Below the pieces are notes generated by a model that worked only from the letters and a program-made list of their open reading frames with translations, did no database searches and had not been told where the DNA came from. From assembly GCA_964016885.1 (NCBI GenBank), contig OZ024742.1, positions 229,772,001-229,836,000 on the forward strand: a DNA stretch of 64,000 nt, given 5' to 3'. Positions 1 to 13,928 of the stretch are shown piece after piece. The position numbers were made by a program, and so were the translations under genes. Positions within the stretch are counted from its first letter, which is position 1. Each line of letters starts with the position of its first letter. The stretch is from Eledone cirrhosa (taxonomy: Eukaryota).

Positions 1-346
1 AAGTACAATCAAATAACTATGATGACCGGATAGTTTTAAGTTTCATTCACTTTTATCTATTTTTCTTGGTAATAATTTTACGTATGATATCTATAATATT
101 TCAAATTTTTATTTTATTCAAAATATTTTGAAAATTCATAAACTATTATTTTTCATTCTTATGGAAATGTTTATAATAAAAACACTAAAGTTTTTCAGCA
201 ATATATTGCAGCAGATATATTTACAAGTGAATCAGAAATGCACCATAAATAATATAGCAGACACTAAGTGAACAGGAACATAAATATAAAACTATGGAGA
301 TAACTTTTTACTTATTGGCAAAATAGTTACATACAGACACACAGAA

Positions 347-348
<2 letters not shown>

Positions 349-411
<63 letters not shown>

Positions 412-484
412 AATACATACATACATACACAAATACATACGTATTTACATACATACATGCATACATACACACATAGATACATAC
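349..484. repeat. (CA)n followed by (CATA)n microsatellite
   Basis: Directly visible simple repeats. Confidence 0.95.
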
Positions 485-2500
485 ATGGTGGCTGCCAACT
501 CGTTTTCGAGTACGGCCACTACTTTATATCCATGTAGGAGAACCCCTACCGATGTGCTGAACGAGTGTGACTTTTTAGTCCAGCCAGCGACTTGAAAACT
601 CTGGTACAAACACTACACTTGTGACAATTACTGACACATAGTGCTGGGCCCATGGTACCATGTGATGACCTGTGCAGAGAGATCTTCAGATATAAAGCAA
701 TGCCTGTGCCGTGAAGCTTTTATAGTGAGCAAAGACACTGCACAAAGCCAGTCACTCTCTCTTAACCAAGATGATATTTACCAAAAAGAAGAACAAGTCA
801 ACATCATTGGATACCATCAGGGTTGCAGGTGTTATATCAGAGTTTTCCTTCTCCTAGATTTCTGCCTTGACAAAGACTAAGGGGTCATTTCTCCCGGTGA
901 TTTTGGATGGCCATTGACTCTTAAGAGCTCCTTTGCCCTTTGACAGGTTTTGTTTTTACTCTTGCAGGATGTCCAAAGTCACCCTCCTCACCAAGAAACC
1001 TTGGTGGAGTTGCCAGTTTAGTCGCCAACAATTCGACCATGAGACAGGTTGTACTGGGATACATGTTACCAGTAGCACCAACTGGTGACCTGACATACAT
1101 ACATACATACATACATACATACATACATACATACATACATACATACATACATACATACATACATACATACATGGTGGCTGCCAACTCGTTTTCGAGTACG
1201 GCGACTACATTATATCCATGTAGGAGAACTACCGATGCGCTGAACGAGTGTGACTTTTTAGTCCAGCCAGTGACTTGAAAACTCTAGTACAAACACTACA
1301 CCTGTGACAATTATTGACACATAGTACTGGGCCCATGGTACCATGTGACGACAAGCGCAGAGAGATCTCCAGATACAAAGCAATGCCTGTGCCGTGAAGC
1401 TTTTATAGTGAGCAAAGGCACTGCACAAAGCCAGTCCCACTCTCTTAGCCAAGATGATATTTACTAAAAAGAAGAACAAGTCAACATCATTGGATACCAT
1501 CAGGGTTGCAGGTGTTATATCAGAGTTTTCCTTCTCCTAGAATTCTGCCTTGACAAAGGCTAAGGGGTCATCTCTCCCGGGGATTTTGGATGGCCATTGA
1601 CTCTTAAGAGCTCCTTTTCCCTTTCACGGGTTTTGTTTTTAGTCTTGCAGGATGTCCAAAGTCACTCTCCTCACCAAGAAACCTTGGTGGGGTTGCCAGT
1701 TTAGTCGCCAACGACCCGACCATGAGACAGGTTGTACTAGGATACATGTTACCAGTAACACCAACTGGTGACCTGATATACATACATACATACATACATA
1801 CATACATACATACATACATACATACATACATACATACATACATACATGCATACATACATACATATAAATATATACATACATGCATTCATACATACATAAT
1901 GGGAGCCCCGTAGTTATCGTGTATGGCCATTACACGATATACCATTATTAATAATTATTAATTAATTATAACGTGCAATGGCTGTGCGTGAAGATATTTT
2001 TTAAAGTGAGGAATTACTGTGCACTGAGCCAATCCCACTCTCTAAGCGACAATAGCTATAACCCGAAAACAAGAAAAGATCAACATCATCGGTAACTACT
2101 GTGCCGCAAGTTTTATATCGGAGTTATCCCAGTTTCCTGAGTTGCCTTCTCCTAGAAGAATGCCCTGACAAAGGCTAGAATGCCTGACAAAGGCTAGGGG
2201 TCCTTCACTCCCAGTGGTTTAACCGCGCAGTACATGTGTATATACATATTTACACACTTTCGGATGGCCGTTGATTCTTATGAGCTTATCCGTCCTTTGT
2301 CAGGCTTTGTTTTTTGTCCAAAATCACCCTCCTCACCAAGTAAACTTGGTGGGGTTGCCGGTTTAATCGCCGACGACCCAACCATGCGACAGATTGTACT
2401 GGGTTACACATTACTAGTAGAACTCAAGAGTGACCCGACATACATACATACATACATACATACATACATACATACATACATACATACATACATACATACA

Positions 2501-2533
<33 letters not shown>

Positions 2534-3053
2534 GATGGCTGCAAACTCTGATAAAAGTATTGCAATCGCTTGTCAGATTACAGAGTTTGGTGCACATTTA
2601 GCCTACGGCCAGTCTCACAAACCAGTAACATATCCTGAGCAAGCAATGTTTGTTTGTTGAAGGTTTTTTAAGTGGGGAAAGGCCTTGCACTCGACCAATC
2701 CCACTCTCTGAGCATCGAAAATACTACCCGCAAAGGAGAACTTGTCCACATCATCGGATGCTTCCGAAGCCGCGGGTTTTTTTTTCAGAGTTCCCTCTCC
2801 TAGAAAGGGGTTGTGACAACTGGGAGCCTTTCACTCACAGGTAAAAAGACAAACTACTATTTGGATAGCCGTTGATTCTGCCGAGTTCTTCCGCACTTTG
2901 CCGAGTCTTGTATTTCATCCCGCAGGGTGTCCAAATATCACCCACCTCACCAAGCAAGCTTGGTGGGGTGGCCAGTTTAATCGCCGACGACACTAACATA
3001 AGACTGGTTGTACTGGGTTACATGTTACCAGTAGCACTCAAGGGTGACCCGAC
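485..3053 (-). mobile_element. Head-to-tail array of four ~520-610 bp non-coding elements separated by (CATA)n; probably non-autonomous RTE-related (copies ~485-1093, 1171-1775, 1899-2439, 2533-3053)
   Basis: Copies 1 and 2 are closely similar; copies 3 and 4 are diverged but share ccctcctcaccaag..ttggtggggttgccagtttagtcgcc..gttgtactggg. The segment agttttccttctcctag..gccttgacaaaggctaag resembles (from memory) the antisense of RTE 5'UTRs. Confidence 0.6.
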
Positions 3054-3081
3054 ATAATATACATGCATGCATACATACATA

Positions 3082-3348
3082 TGCTTGGAGGAAGAGGGGG
3101 ATTTATCTATGTACCTCATAATTGTTTCTACTTTTGAGACAAGGCTAGCAACTATCCCAGTGCATTACTGGTACTTTATTTTATCGACCCCGTAAGGATG
3201 AAAGGTAAAGCCGGGGTTGGCTTTACCTTTCATCCTTACGGGGTCGATAACATAAAGCACCAGTAATGCACTGGGTAATTGCTGGCCTTGTACCAAAAGC
3301 AGAAACAATTAAGAGGTACATGGGTAAATATCAACCTTCCTCTAAGCA
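3082..3348. repeat. Fold-back pair of a SINE 3' half plus ~40 bp of flank
   Basis: 3082-3212 is the reverse complement of 3219-3348 (6-nt loop ggggtt); contains SINE core cctttcatccttacggggtcgataa. Confidence 0.9.
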
Positions 3349-3856
3349 GTGTCAGAGGCTTCAAAAAAGAAAAAAAAGTGTTGTGAAGGCTACGAGGGTC
3401 TGCATTGCAATTTAGCGATTTCCAGCCTCATGTATCCAGTTAAAACAGTAACGGTAACTCTGCCTTTACTTAATCGACAAAACACAGCTTTTAGACTTAT
3501 TCTCTCTTATATACACATATATACACCAGGTCAGATCACAAAAGAACCAAAATCACATTCTCACTGCCTCCGTCTCTTCCGCTCTCTCCATCTCTCAATA
3601 TTGTGAGCAAATGGGGACTCACGCCTTGGCCACTCCGCGGCCCCGGCAGACAGAAGAGAGAAGGCGTTTACCCGGAGAATTCTGAGAGAGACGCACTGGA
3701 AGAGCCATACCAGCTCGTAAGGCTCACACCTGCGTGTAACCATCATTGTGCTGATAGTGGTGAGCAGGGAGTTGACCCTAGGCCGAAGAGCACCAGAAGT
3801 CTCAACTGCCACGGGCTGACCGCAAACCTGTCGCAGAGCGATCGATATTTGAAGAG

Positions 3857-4778
3857 TTTGCTTGTGTTTTATGTGGTTTGCTGGTGTTTTATGTGGTTTG
3901 CTTGTGTTTTATGTGGTTTGCTGGTGTTTTATGTGGTTTGCTGGTTTTTTATGTGGTTTGCTGGCTTTTTATGTGGTTTGCTGGTGTTTTATGTGGTTTG
4001 CTTGTGTTTTATGTGGTTTGCTGGTGTTTTATGTGGTTTGCTGGTTTTTTATGTGGTTTGCTGGCTTTTTATGTGGTTTGCTGGTGTTTTATGTGGTTTG
4101 CTGGTGTTTTATGTGGTTTGTTGGTGTTTTATGTGGTTTGCTGGTGTTTTATGTGGTTTGCTGGTGTTTTATGTGGTTTGCTGGTGTTTTATGTGGTTTG
4201 CTGGTGTTTTATGTGGTTTGATGGTGTTTTATGTGATTTGCTGGTGTTTTATGTGGTTTGCTTGTGTTTTATGTGATTTGCTGGTGTTTTATGTGGTTTG
4301 CTGGTGTTTTATGTGGTTTGCTAGTGTTTTATGTGGTTTGTTGGTGTTTTATGTGGTTTGCTGGTGTTTTATGTGGTTTGCTGGTGTTTTATGTGGTTTG
4401 CTGGTGTTTTATGTGGTTTGCTGGTGTTTTATGTGGTTTGATGGTGTTTTATGTGATTTGCTGGTGTTTTATGTGGTTTGCTTGTGTTTTATGTGATTTG
4501 CTGGTGTTTTATGTGGTTTGCTGGTGTTTTATGTGGTTTGCTGGTGTTTTATGTGATTTGCTGGTGTTTTATGTGGTTTGCTTGTGTTTTATGTGATTTG
4601 CTGGTGTTTTATGTGGTTTGCTGGTGTTTTATGTGGTTTGCTGGTGTTTTATGTGATTTGCTGGTGTTTTATGTGGTTTGCTTGTGTTTTATGTAGTTTG
4701 CTGGTTTTTTATGTGGTTTGCTAGTGTTTTATGTGGTTTGCTGGTTTTTTATGTGGTTTGCTGGTTTTTTATGTGGTG
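3857..4778. repeat. 20-bp minisatellite (ctggtgttttatgtggtttg)n, ~46 units
   Basis: Directly visible periodicity. Confidence 0.97.
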
Positions 4779-4779
4779 T

Positions 4780-5850
4780 ATCAGTTTCTGTTGTTGTTGT
4801 TTTTGTATTTATGGCTCTGTAATTCGTGCAGGTTATTTTCTTTTGTTGGGTTTGCGTTTGTTGTTGTTGCAGATATGGGTGTGAGTGTGTTTGGTATGTT
4901 GTAGTTGGTGTCTGTTGTGGTGTAGGTGGTGGTTATGAATATTGAGTGGTTTGTATGGGTGAGGCATTTGTTGTCTGGAGGATTTAGCGTTTTTCTTTCC
5001 CTCAGTTTTGCCCCCTCTTTTGAAGGCGAAGACAAAGATTTTTTTTCGTTTTTGTTATTGAGGCGGATGGCTAGCCACTCCTTATTCTTGTCACAATCCG
5101 TATCCATCTGTGTGACGTCAGGGAGAGGGATGCTTCCACTGGCGTTGATGCTGTTGTTGTTGGTGATATTAGTGCTTCTGCTGCTGTTGTTCGTGCTGTA
5201 ATTGTCTCAGTTACTATTGTTGTTGAGCTTTCAGCCGCTGGCGTGTAGTAGTTGTTGTTGATGTTGTTGCTGCTGCTGCAGTTGTGACCTACTGTTGTTG
5301 TTGCAGTTGTGACATACTGTTGTTGTTGCTAAAACCGAGATTTTGGTCATAACAGTGGTACCTGGTTTCCTACTTTTTGTTGGAAGGGTGCGCTCAAGTG
5401 GCTTGTGAATCTACAGATAACATTTTTAGTTTTTGCTTTCTATAATTATTCGGATGTCTAATCCGTTTGCTAGCTGCATTTGTTCCAGGATTTTTTCTAT
5501 TTGACCTGGCTTCCCCTGAAGCAGAATATCCCGATTTATAGCAGACCAATTTTTTTCTTTCTCTGCGTTTAATTTTGAGGAGTGTGCCCAAGTCCCCAGG
5601 GACGCCACAGGCCATCATCCACCAGATGTTTATGCCAGGCGGAATACCTGGTATTCTCAGTCTGACAGTTCTCATTGAAAGATAGGTTGGATAGATTACA
5701 AACTCCTCACTCCAACGAGGTTCACCAAACGTTTTCGTACAAGATCTTCGCTTTTAAAGAGGATACCGACGCTGGGAATCTGCCCTAGTCTTTTAATGTG
5801 GGCCACATCAGGGGCATCGGATGGAGGAGACATTATTACAAGGACGAGTA
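4780..5850 (-). pseudogene. Degenerate Tx1-clade LINE ORF1
   Basis: IYPTYLSMRTVRLRIPGIPPGINIWWMMA parallels FFPTYMGKKTQRIWITTITPNINYWWLLT in ORF1 at 21490; followed by Q/T-rich low-complexity sequence. Confidence 0.7.
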
Positions 5851-6029
5851 ACAACATTCAGATAGGGGTTGACAAAGAAATGAGAAAGATAATAACATGT
5901 ATACACTGAATAGAATTATATATGGAATTTAGTCATTTTATAGAGCTGAATACCTAAGGCTAATTGAGAAGCCCCACTGGTCCACAATTGTCTTGATCGC
6001 CAAGTCAACTGCCCTTTCCCAACTATCGT

Positions 6030-6350
6030 TTCTCGCCCTACAAGCTGAGAAGAATCCCATTCACTTTTACCATCTACTTTACATTTACCTTGGGTAAATA
6101 TACTGGGGAAGAGCACCTCCCTCCCTCTTTTCCCACCATCTTTCCAAGTAGAAACGTTGTTGAGGGTTTGACCGAAGAAGAATGCGTCTGTCTTCAGGCC
6201 TTACAGTCTTGCATACCACATAACATATTTCGCCATAGTAATAGGAAAACTGCTTGCTCTTCCCTGTTAAATGATGGCGTTTGAGAGATCTTCACGATAT
6301 ACTCAATGGAGTTGTAAAGGCATGTCTTAGGCATTTGGCGGATCCAGTCT
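6030..6350 (-). pseudogene. Tx1-clade ORF2 C-terminal relic
   Basis: IVKISQTPSFNREEQAVFL..AKYVMWYARL parallels IVMIKPPPPFKDEAEAVFL..AKEVVWWTRL at ~26140-26240. Confidence 0.7.
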
Positions 6351-9329
6351 CCTCTTCAGTTCTGAACACATCGATTTCTTCCAGAGAAGGAGAAAGGGAC
6401 AGAGAGGAAATGGGAAAGAGATATACAGGAAGAAATTATCCAAGTACTCGACGGATACTTGTAAATAAACTTGAAAGGATGAAAGATATGCCTGGCCTCA
6501 ACGCTTTTTGAACTCAGTACGCAGAGAGCTGGAATAAAAGCTTCAAATTATTCTATTTGACTCTGCTTATTGTTCATCCTTGTATTCAATAATGCATATT
6601 ACAAAAAGAAAAAAAAAAGCGAATATATTTTTAACACGATCCAAATATTAGTCCAATATTGTACTGTTTATTCATTATATGTAGAAGACACTTTAATGAA
6701 ATATTGACTGTAACACATTTTAATTATCTTTCATGTAATCATCCCTGAAATGAGTAACTAAACTTGATTTTTAGTTCAAACATTTCCCATAATTAATTAT
6801 AGTGGTTCTATCTATTAGCTGCTTACGAAAACTAATATTGCCAATGTTGTTCCTACTATAATTTTGACTTAATTAAAATTGCCAACAAGGTGCCAAAAGA
6901 AATATATGTACATTATTAATAATGAAATTCTGTTGGTCCTTGTGGAAATGAATTCACAACCTGGTTTCGGTCCTGTAACACTTTGGTTAAAATATTTTTA
7001 ATCTAAGATACTGCAAATAGTTTTGAAGATAATCCAGAATTTGAATAAATTTAGACATATATCTAACGTTCTAACTATTAAACTGTTGATTGAAATATAA
7101 CTTAAATGTTCTTATATAGAATTAAGATGTGTGGGTTTTAGATAAATATTTGTTCGACCCCATTCCCCGTAGATTCAGTGAACAAGTGTCCCAGCTGTTT
7201 GGTCAAAGGAACTGCCTGTCCGTGAAATTAATGTGCACGTTTTTTAATAATCCATTGACATAAAGTAGCCCCCGTAAATATTCAGCATGACACAGTGAAT
7301 CTCTTAAGAACTGAGCTATAGAAGACATATATGTTATATATTCCTTTTTACTCTTCATTTTGAAGCTGATAAAGTACTAGTCTACTGCTAAGGTCGAATC
7401 TTTTCCTCCTCCTATTGTTATGGAGGAAACCGGCTGTGGTCAAACATCGAAAGAGAGAGCTCTGCCAGACGTATTCAATTATGTATCTCACGATGGCGTC
7501 CCAAGGCATTAAGACAATACGCATTTATGCATGCTGCCACTCACTGCTATACTACTAAACTAAGTAGCTCCAATCTATTTGACTACAATGAAAATATTGT
7601 TTAAATATTATTTAGTTAATTTTTTTAAGAGAATGAAATGCAACCTCAGCTGAGAGATGGATAAGCTGGAACCTTGAAATAGAGTTTGCAATAACTGCTG
7701 CATTAGATCAGTGGAAAACAAATATTTTGGGGTTAAACAAATAGTCACTTAATTTCCAAATATATTACTCTGGATTAGCTCATATCACTTTATAACTAAG
7801 ATAAGTTTGAGGTTAGTTAACATAAGTAATAATAATACATTGAATTACTTTTTTTTCCAAAGATATAACAAAAAAAAAATTCCATATCGTGAATTGTTAT
7901 CCAAAGGTACAAAAATCAATACAAGAAAACTTTGCTTAAATTTCAATGAATTTACACTGAAGCATTTAATTCGTTTATTGTGGAATGGCAACATACTGTC
8001 TCTGTATCTTCTGTTTTCATTTATCAGTATACGTTATCTTACCTTTATTTCACCTGTCAATAGCTTCTGAAATCTTATTTCTTTAACAACCAATACTTTT
8101 GCTTAAAGTAACTTTAAAAAAAAAAAAAAAAAAGAGAATATAATTCAATTTTTTTCTGTTTTTCTATTATATGACGTTTAGAAATGGTGTCATTAGAACA
8201 CTTATCTCTAAGCCCTCTGTATATATTTCCCGTTTATCTTTCTTCTTTCCATCTGCTTCATCACTTGATATATATTACCACTATTTTCGCTCATTTCGAT
8301 TATATTTCCAATTTCTTTCAAGTGATGACAACAACTGATCTTTATATATTACTCTATTCTCCCAGATCAACATATTGAATTAGATTTCGTTGGGCACAAA
8401 AACGTTGTATATAAATTGTCACGTCCTTGGGCATTGACACTGTAAATCAAGTGAAAGAAATCGGAAATGAAACAACGTCGCCATGTTGGCTCAGTGCGAT
8501 CGTATTGTTGTACGGCGCCTCAGAGATAAGATCACAAGACCATTAAGAAGTTTGATCATAGTTTTCGTTATGCACAAAATACACACCAATCCTTCCTTAC
8601 GAAATATAACAACAGAACCCTATGTTTAAGAGAAGCGCAACCTGACGTAAACAGTAGGCAAATCACTCTCACATCGCACATTATACATTAAAAGAAGGAT
8701 AAGACACGCATAAGATAATATAGGCCTATACATACAATGTCTAAACAAAAGACCAGTTGTTCATGAAAAAAGTGACAGTCATTATAGAGCTGATAATAAG
8801 GGAGAAGAACAATACGACCAGGCAAATTCATGTTTTCATATTATATTATCTTATATAAGAGATCGATGCTGGCATAGTTTTGTAAATATATTGTATGATA
8901 GGTTTAAGAAATAAAATGACTGAAAATGTCACGGACACTACATCTTTTCCGTAATAAACCAACAAAAAAAAAGTAATTTTGACGAATACAACTTAATTTA
9001 CCATAACATAACTATAATGATATATTCACATAAGCCCAATATCAATTTATATAATGGAGTGGTAGTAGCATAGATTAGGAAATTGGGTTCAACATAGAAA
9101 CTTGATCACAATGCAATTTTTCGCGTAGAAGTTTTGAAGACAAGGAAATGACCTGCTCCGAATAACGTGAGGCGTTCTTGATAAAACTCCTATTCACTCA
9201 TTCGGAGCGGGTAACTGCCACCCTTTAGGTCTGTTAGACTGCACATATTGCAACAGCCCGACGCGAACTCCAAACACAAGTACTTACAAGATACCGAACG
9301 TCTATTCAACATGACCATTTACATCATGG

Positions 9330-10800
9330 TATGAAGCAGTTCAATCTGAATTAACGATTGCTATACATCATAGAAATGGTAGGGTGTAACACCAGTTTCG
9401 GTGGGGTTCTGATCAATTTAGATCATTGAAGGCTTTCGTTAGGGTCGACCAGCCATACCTGGAGGCTGACTACAAGGCAATTGGCTTCGGTCCAGTTTTC
9501 AGAGGCTGGATCAATGCAATGCACAATGGCATCTTTTCGTTGGTTGAAGTTAATGGCCCCCTTTCAGAAACGTTTCAGATCGCGGGATCGGTCTGCCGAG
9601 TGTGCCCTTTCTGCTCATTTCTTTATTTATTGACTCTCGAGCCTTTACTGCTGAAGGTGGAGCTGGGACGTGTTAGGGTTGTGTCGGCATATGGTGATGA
9701 CATCGGCGTGATGGTGTCGAACACCTCGGAAATGGAGGAATATGAAAGTTTGACGAATACGTCAGTGTGTTTGCAGCTGAGCACATGGAGAGGCAAATCC
9801 ATGTTGTTCGAAAGCGTCGTCGTACTCTGGACTTACGGACTGGTGAGGTTGCTCAGCATAGAATGAGACCTCTAAGTTGATAAGAACTGGGACGAGGCAA
9901 CGAACAGGGTGCCCAGTCTCACGAAGAAAGGAGCCGAGAGGAAGCTATCCCTGAAATTTAGTGTGGAGGTGTCTTGCCCACCTCACAAAATTGGAATGCC
10001 TGATCTTCAACATCTTGTAGAATGGACAAGTTCAATTGGTGAGTCAGCCCACCTGCTATCCGCACCCTCTAGGCGGAGATTCTGGGTATGCCGTGGATGA
10101 TGATGCGCAAATATACGCTCAGGCTACAGATATTCGTAACAGGTCTGGTCACCGTTTGTGAGGCAGGCCTTTTCGCAACTCGTCTCTTTGACTGTGCTGC
10201 ACTCCTGGGTCAAGAAGAGACCGTGACTGTGCGCATGGAATCTGGAATATTGCCAGGCGCTCACTGCTCCATACATAGCGGGCAATGCGGTCAGTGGAAA
10301 TTCTATTCTAGAAATATATTGAAGATTAGTGGTGGGAAAGTGCCATGTAACTCTCGCAGAGGCTCTGGGAATTGACAAAATCGAACTGACTAGTGTGTTC
10401 CAGAAAACCTTCGGGCCTGGGACCATGGATAACTTCCAGAAAACCCTCGCAGCCTGTTCGAGTTAAAATCGACAGGCATGGAAGTACGGTCAGAGGTGCA
10501 TTACTGACTAGTGGAGTTATGTCGAACAGGTATTATTGCTTGTAGGGCGGATCTGGTTATCGACCTTGTCCAACGTGAAGATCGCCCCGCCGCGTTCTTC
10601 TGGCCGGGAAGGGCGGGAAACGTTCCTCTGACTGGTGGCTCTAACGATAGGATCGCGTGGTGACCATTTCAAGTTTCATTTGGAATGGAAGGTGAGGGTG
10701 GAGAAGGAAGTGCTGCCCCCAGTACATTTGCTGAAATGTGGGTAAATGTTGCGATGATGGCCTGTGTAAATTGTTCTAATCTGACCGTGCGCTTTTTGGC
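9330..10800 (+). pseudogene. Degenerate Tx1-clade ORF2, RT to C-terminus
   Basis: KAFVRVD..GFGPVFRGWINAMH..LYLLTLEPLL..SAYGDD, colinear with 24670-26420. Confidence 0.9.
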
Positions 10801-10879
10801 TGGTTGATTTGGAGAGGAAAGTAGCGTCCTCTTCAGGAGTACTTGGATTGGTGAGGTTCCTGAGTCACCCCTGTGTGAT

Positions 10880-11230
10880 GCTCCCCCTATTGTCTTTTGT
10901 AGTGTTGGCTAACTTCCAGTATATGTAAGTCCCAACTCTATCATGTGTGTGGATATATTCCTTTTTATCTAAAATATGGCAGCCAGAGATAATATGGTTA
11001 CGTTTTTCTCCGCCCCCACCACTTAATATGCAGTTATATACTTTATTCTGCATCATTATGTATTTTTCATGGGTTCTGGTGAAGAAAATTTGATCTTCTG
11101 CTGCAATTAGAATGCTTGAGTCACGGCTTTTAATCCAGTGCTTCTTAAACAGATTTTCTTTTAAATTTACTTGTCTACTTACTCCACATTCAGTTTTTCT
11201 GGTATCCTTTCCAGTTGGCATGCTGGTTGG
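10880..11230 (-). pseudogene. R4/Dong-clade (RLE) non-LTR retrotransposon fragment, CCHC region
   Basis: LIAAEDQ..C....NHIISGCHILDKKEYIHTHDRVGTYIYWKL matches the AAQDQ..HIISGC..Y..RHD motif. Confidence 0.75.
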
Positions 11231-11475
11231 CTGAATAAAAAATTTAACTCCGTTTAAATGATTACAATATACATTACATTATTTATGTAAATAACTTAGA
11301 GAAAGATTACAAAAAAATGAAATTAATAATAACAATTTTAACATTTTTGTCTCTTCCCTAATATAATAAATTCCATAATAATTTATGGTAATATCCCCGG
11401 TCCGCCCCTTCCGTCCACCAAAACAAAAAGACATTTCTAAATTAAAGAGTAAGTCTAAATTAAAGAGTAATTCTA

Positions 11476-11750
11476 AATGTAAAGTTAACCTCGGCGGGAT
11501 TTGAACTCAGATCGTAAAGGGACGCAATTATTCTAGAAAGCATGTCCGACCCTCTACCAATACTGCCAAACATATTGGCAGTATTGGTAGAGGGTCGGAC
11601 ATGCTTTCTAAAATAGTTGCACCCTTTTACGATCTGAGTTCAAATCCCGCCGAGGTTAACTTTACATTTCATCCTTACGGGGGTCGATAAAATAAAGTAC
11701 CAGTAATTACTGGTTAATTGCTGGCCTTTTGCCAAATGTAGAAAAATTAT
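11476..11750 (+). mobile_element. tRNA-derived SINE (11575-11750) with an inverted copy of its 5' ~95 bp upstream
   Basis: A box tggcagtattgg, B box gagttcaaatcc, core ttcatccttacgggggtcgataaa; 11476-11569 mirrors 11575-11668. Confidence 0.9.
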
Positions 11751-11767
11751 TTCAAAAAATCAGGATG

Positions 11768-11950
11768 ACGGATTGGCAGTATCGGTAGCGTGTCGGACAC
11801 CTGCTTCGTGGCATAGAGTTACAGCCCTTTACTTTCTGAGTTCAAATTCTGCTAAAGTTAGCTTTGCATTTCTTTCTTACAGGTCCAGTTGCGCACTGGG
11901 GTCAGATTTTATCGACACTCCACCCCAAAATTGTCGGCCTTTTGCCTTAA
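11768..11950 (+). mobile_element. tRNA-derived SINE, diverged
   Basis: ggattggcagtatcggtag..gagttcaaattctgc. Confidence 0.8.
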
Positions 11951-13467
11951 TCAGTATTAGTAGCTGTAATAGTAGTAATAATAATAGGAGTAGTAGTGTA
12001 TTTTTACTTGTTATGATGGCTACTGTTTTTGAAGATGAGCGGTTATCACAATATGTGATCAGGCCGGCCATTTGAATTACATTTACAATGAATCCGACAT
12101 AATTTCACACAATTTCCGTCTTCTCAATCTCACTCACAAGGCTTGCATCAAGCCGAAGCGATGGCAAAGTCTCTTGCATAAGGTGATACACATCGAGTCG
12201 AGATCGAAGCTGACACTTCAGGATTGCAAAGCGAAGATGAAAATGTACGTAAATATTTACCCGAAGCATAAGCCTTTTTAAACCATTTCCATAACTTGAA
12301 ATCATAAATCCTAAATATTTTCATCTAACAGACCAATAATTATATATGTAGATATTACTCAACTCTACACTTCAAAATTATTTCAGAGACAATAAATACA
12401 TTCTAACATCAGAGATATAGGTCATATACAGCTTCCCGACTTTAGACATACATATTATGTGTGTTATAATGGAAATCATGGGATATCAGATAAACCTCCA
12501 TAGGTCGGAACTGTAACAACGACATACATATCTTTGTATATAATAGGATAGAAAGCCCCTATCATTAAAATACCCGATAAACGTCCTATGAGGTGCAAAC
12601 TTACAGCAACCTGGCTAAACCTGTATAGGTTTGAAGTTTAACAATAGAAGGAATACATACGACATGAATTCAGCTAGTGTTGTATTTATTGTATTTCTAC
12701 AGAAGCTACTGGCGAAGCAAAAATAACAAATGATTAGGTGTGCAACAACATACAAAAAGTACAATAACCGTTTCGAAAATCGCCGATAGTTTAAGCAAAA
12801 TCGATGCAATATGTTAAACGCTTATATGTCTGTTTATTGATGTTAATACCCTTCTAGTGGTCGTGGTCTCTTACTATAGAGACAAACGAAACTAATTAAA
12901 ACGTTGCATTTTCTACTGCTGGTGTTGGACTTTATCAACATGTAATTGTGTTATAGTTATAGCCCTGGTTTTTCAATAGTTCTTAATCAACTCTATTCTT
13001 GTCAAAGATATGATCAATATATCGCTATATTGCCGTTCTTTTCTCATGTGATTCAGCTACGTAGATAATTTGCTGTTCTGGGAGTGTTGTATTCTCCACA
13101 GTGGTCTATGCTGTTGATCCATTACTAATTTCAAGCGAAGAAAGTTTTGTGTTATTCACATAACATATCTGTTGTTTCAAATTATAACTTATAATTGCCT
13201 TACGCAGCTAATTGTCAGAGTATATAACTTATTATTACTCTTCCATTAATTTCATCACTACGTACCATTTTTCATTCAGCTGAGGGTTTTAAAAACTTAT
13301 GTCTACCTGCATGTATGGCTCTCTGTCCATCTATCTAGCAATCTGATAGTTTGTCTGTATGTATAACAGTAGGACATTTTCCGCTAACCTCCTTCTTACG
13401 CATTTTGTACACACACACACACACACACACGGTCACACACACACACAGAGTCACGCACACATACGGT

Positions 13468-13503
<36 letters not shown>

Positions 13504-13644
13504 CACACACACAGATACACACACAGTTGCCCACTTACACACACTAATATATATATATATATATATACTTCGATGAGGCGACAGGGACGGATAAAATAAT
13601 CATTGAGAAGATCTCGATGTAATTTACATGATAACTAAAAATGT

Positions 13645-13856
13645 CTACCTTTGGCACAAGGCCAGCAATTTGAAGGGAAGATGGAAAATCAATTAAATTA
13701 ACACCAGTGCGTTACTGGTTCTTTATTTTATCAAACCCGTGAGGAAGAAAGGGTAAGATAATCTCGGCGGGATTTGAATTCAGATCATAAAGGGCCGTAA
13801 CTCTATGCTGCAAAGCATGGCGTCCGATCCTCTACTGATACTGCCAGTCCACCGCA
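13645..13856 (-). mobile_element. tRNA-derived SINE
   Basis: Reverse complement of the same head and core. Confidence 0.85.
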
Positions 13857-13928
13857 CTCACTTCTATTTATTAAAAAAATAATTTCTTCGGTGTCTCTGA
13901 TATAGGATAGACTTGCGATACTGTAGAT

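Noticed and set aside
3603-4884. Long Cys/Trp/Phe-rich hydrophobic ORFs (up to 297 aa)
   Set aside because: Translation of a largely stop-free 20-bp minisatellite, open in all three frames
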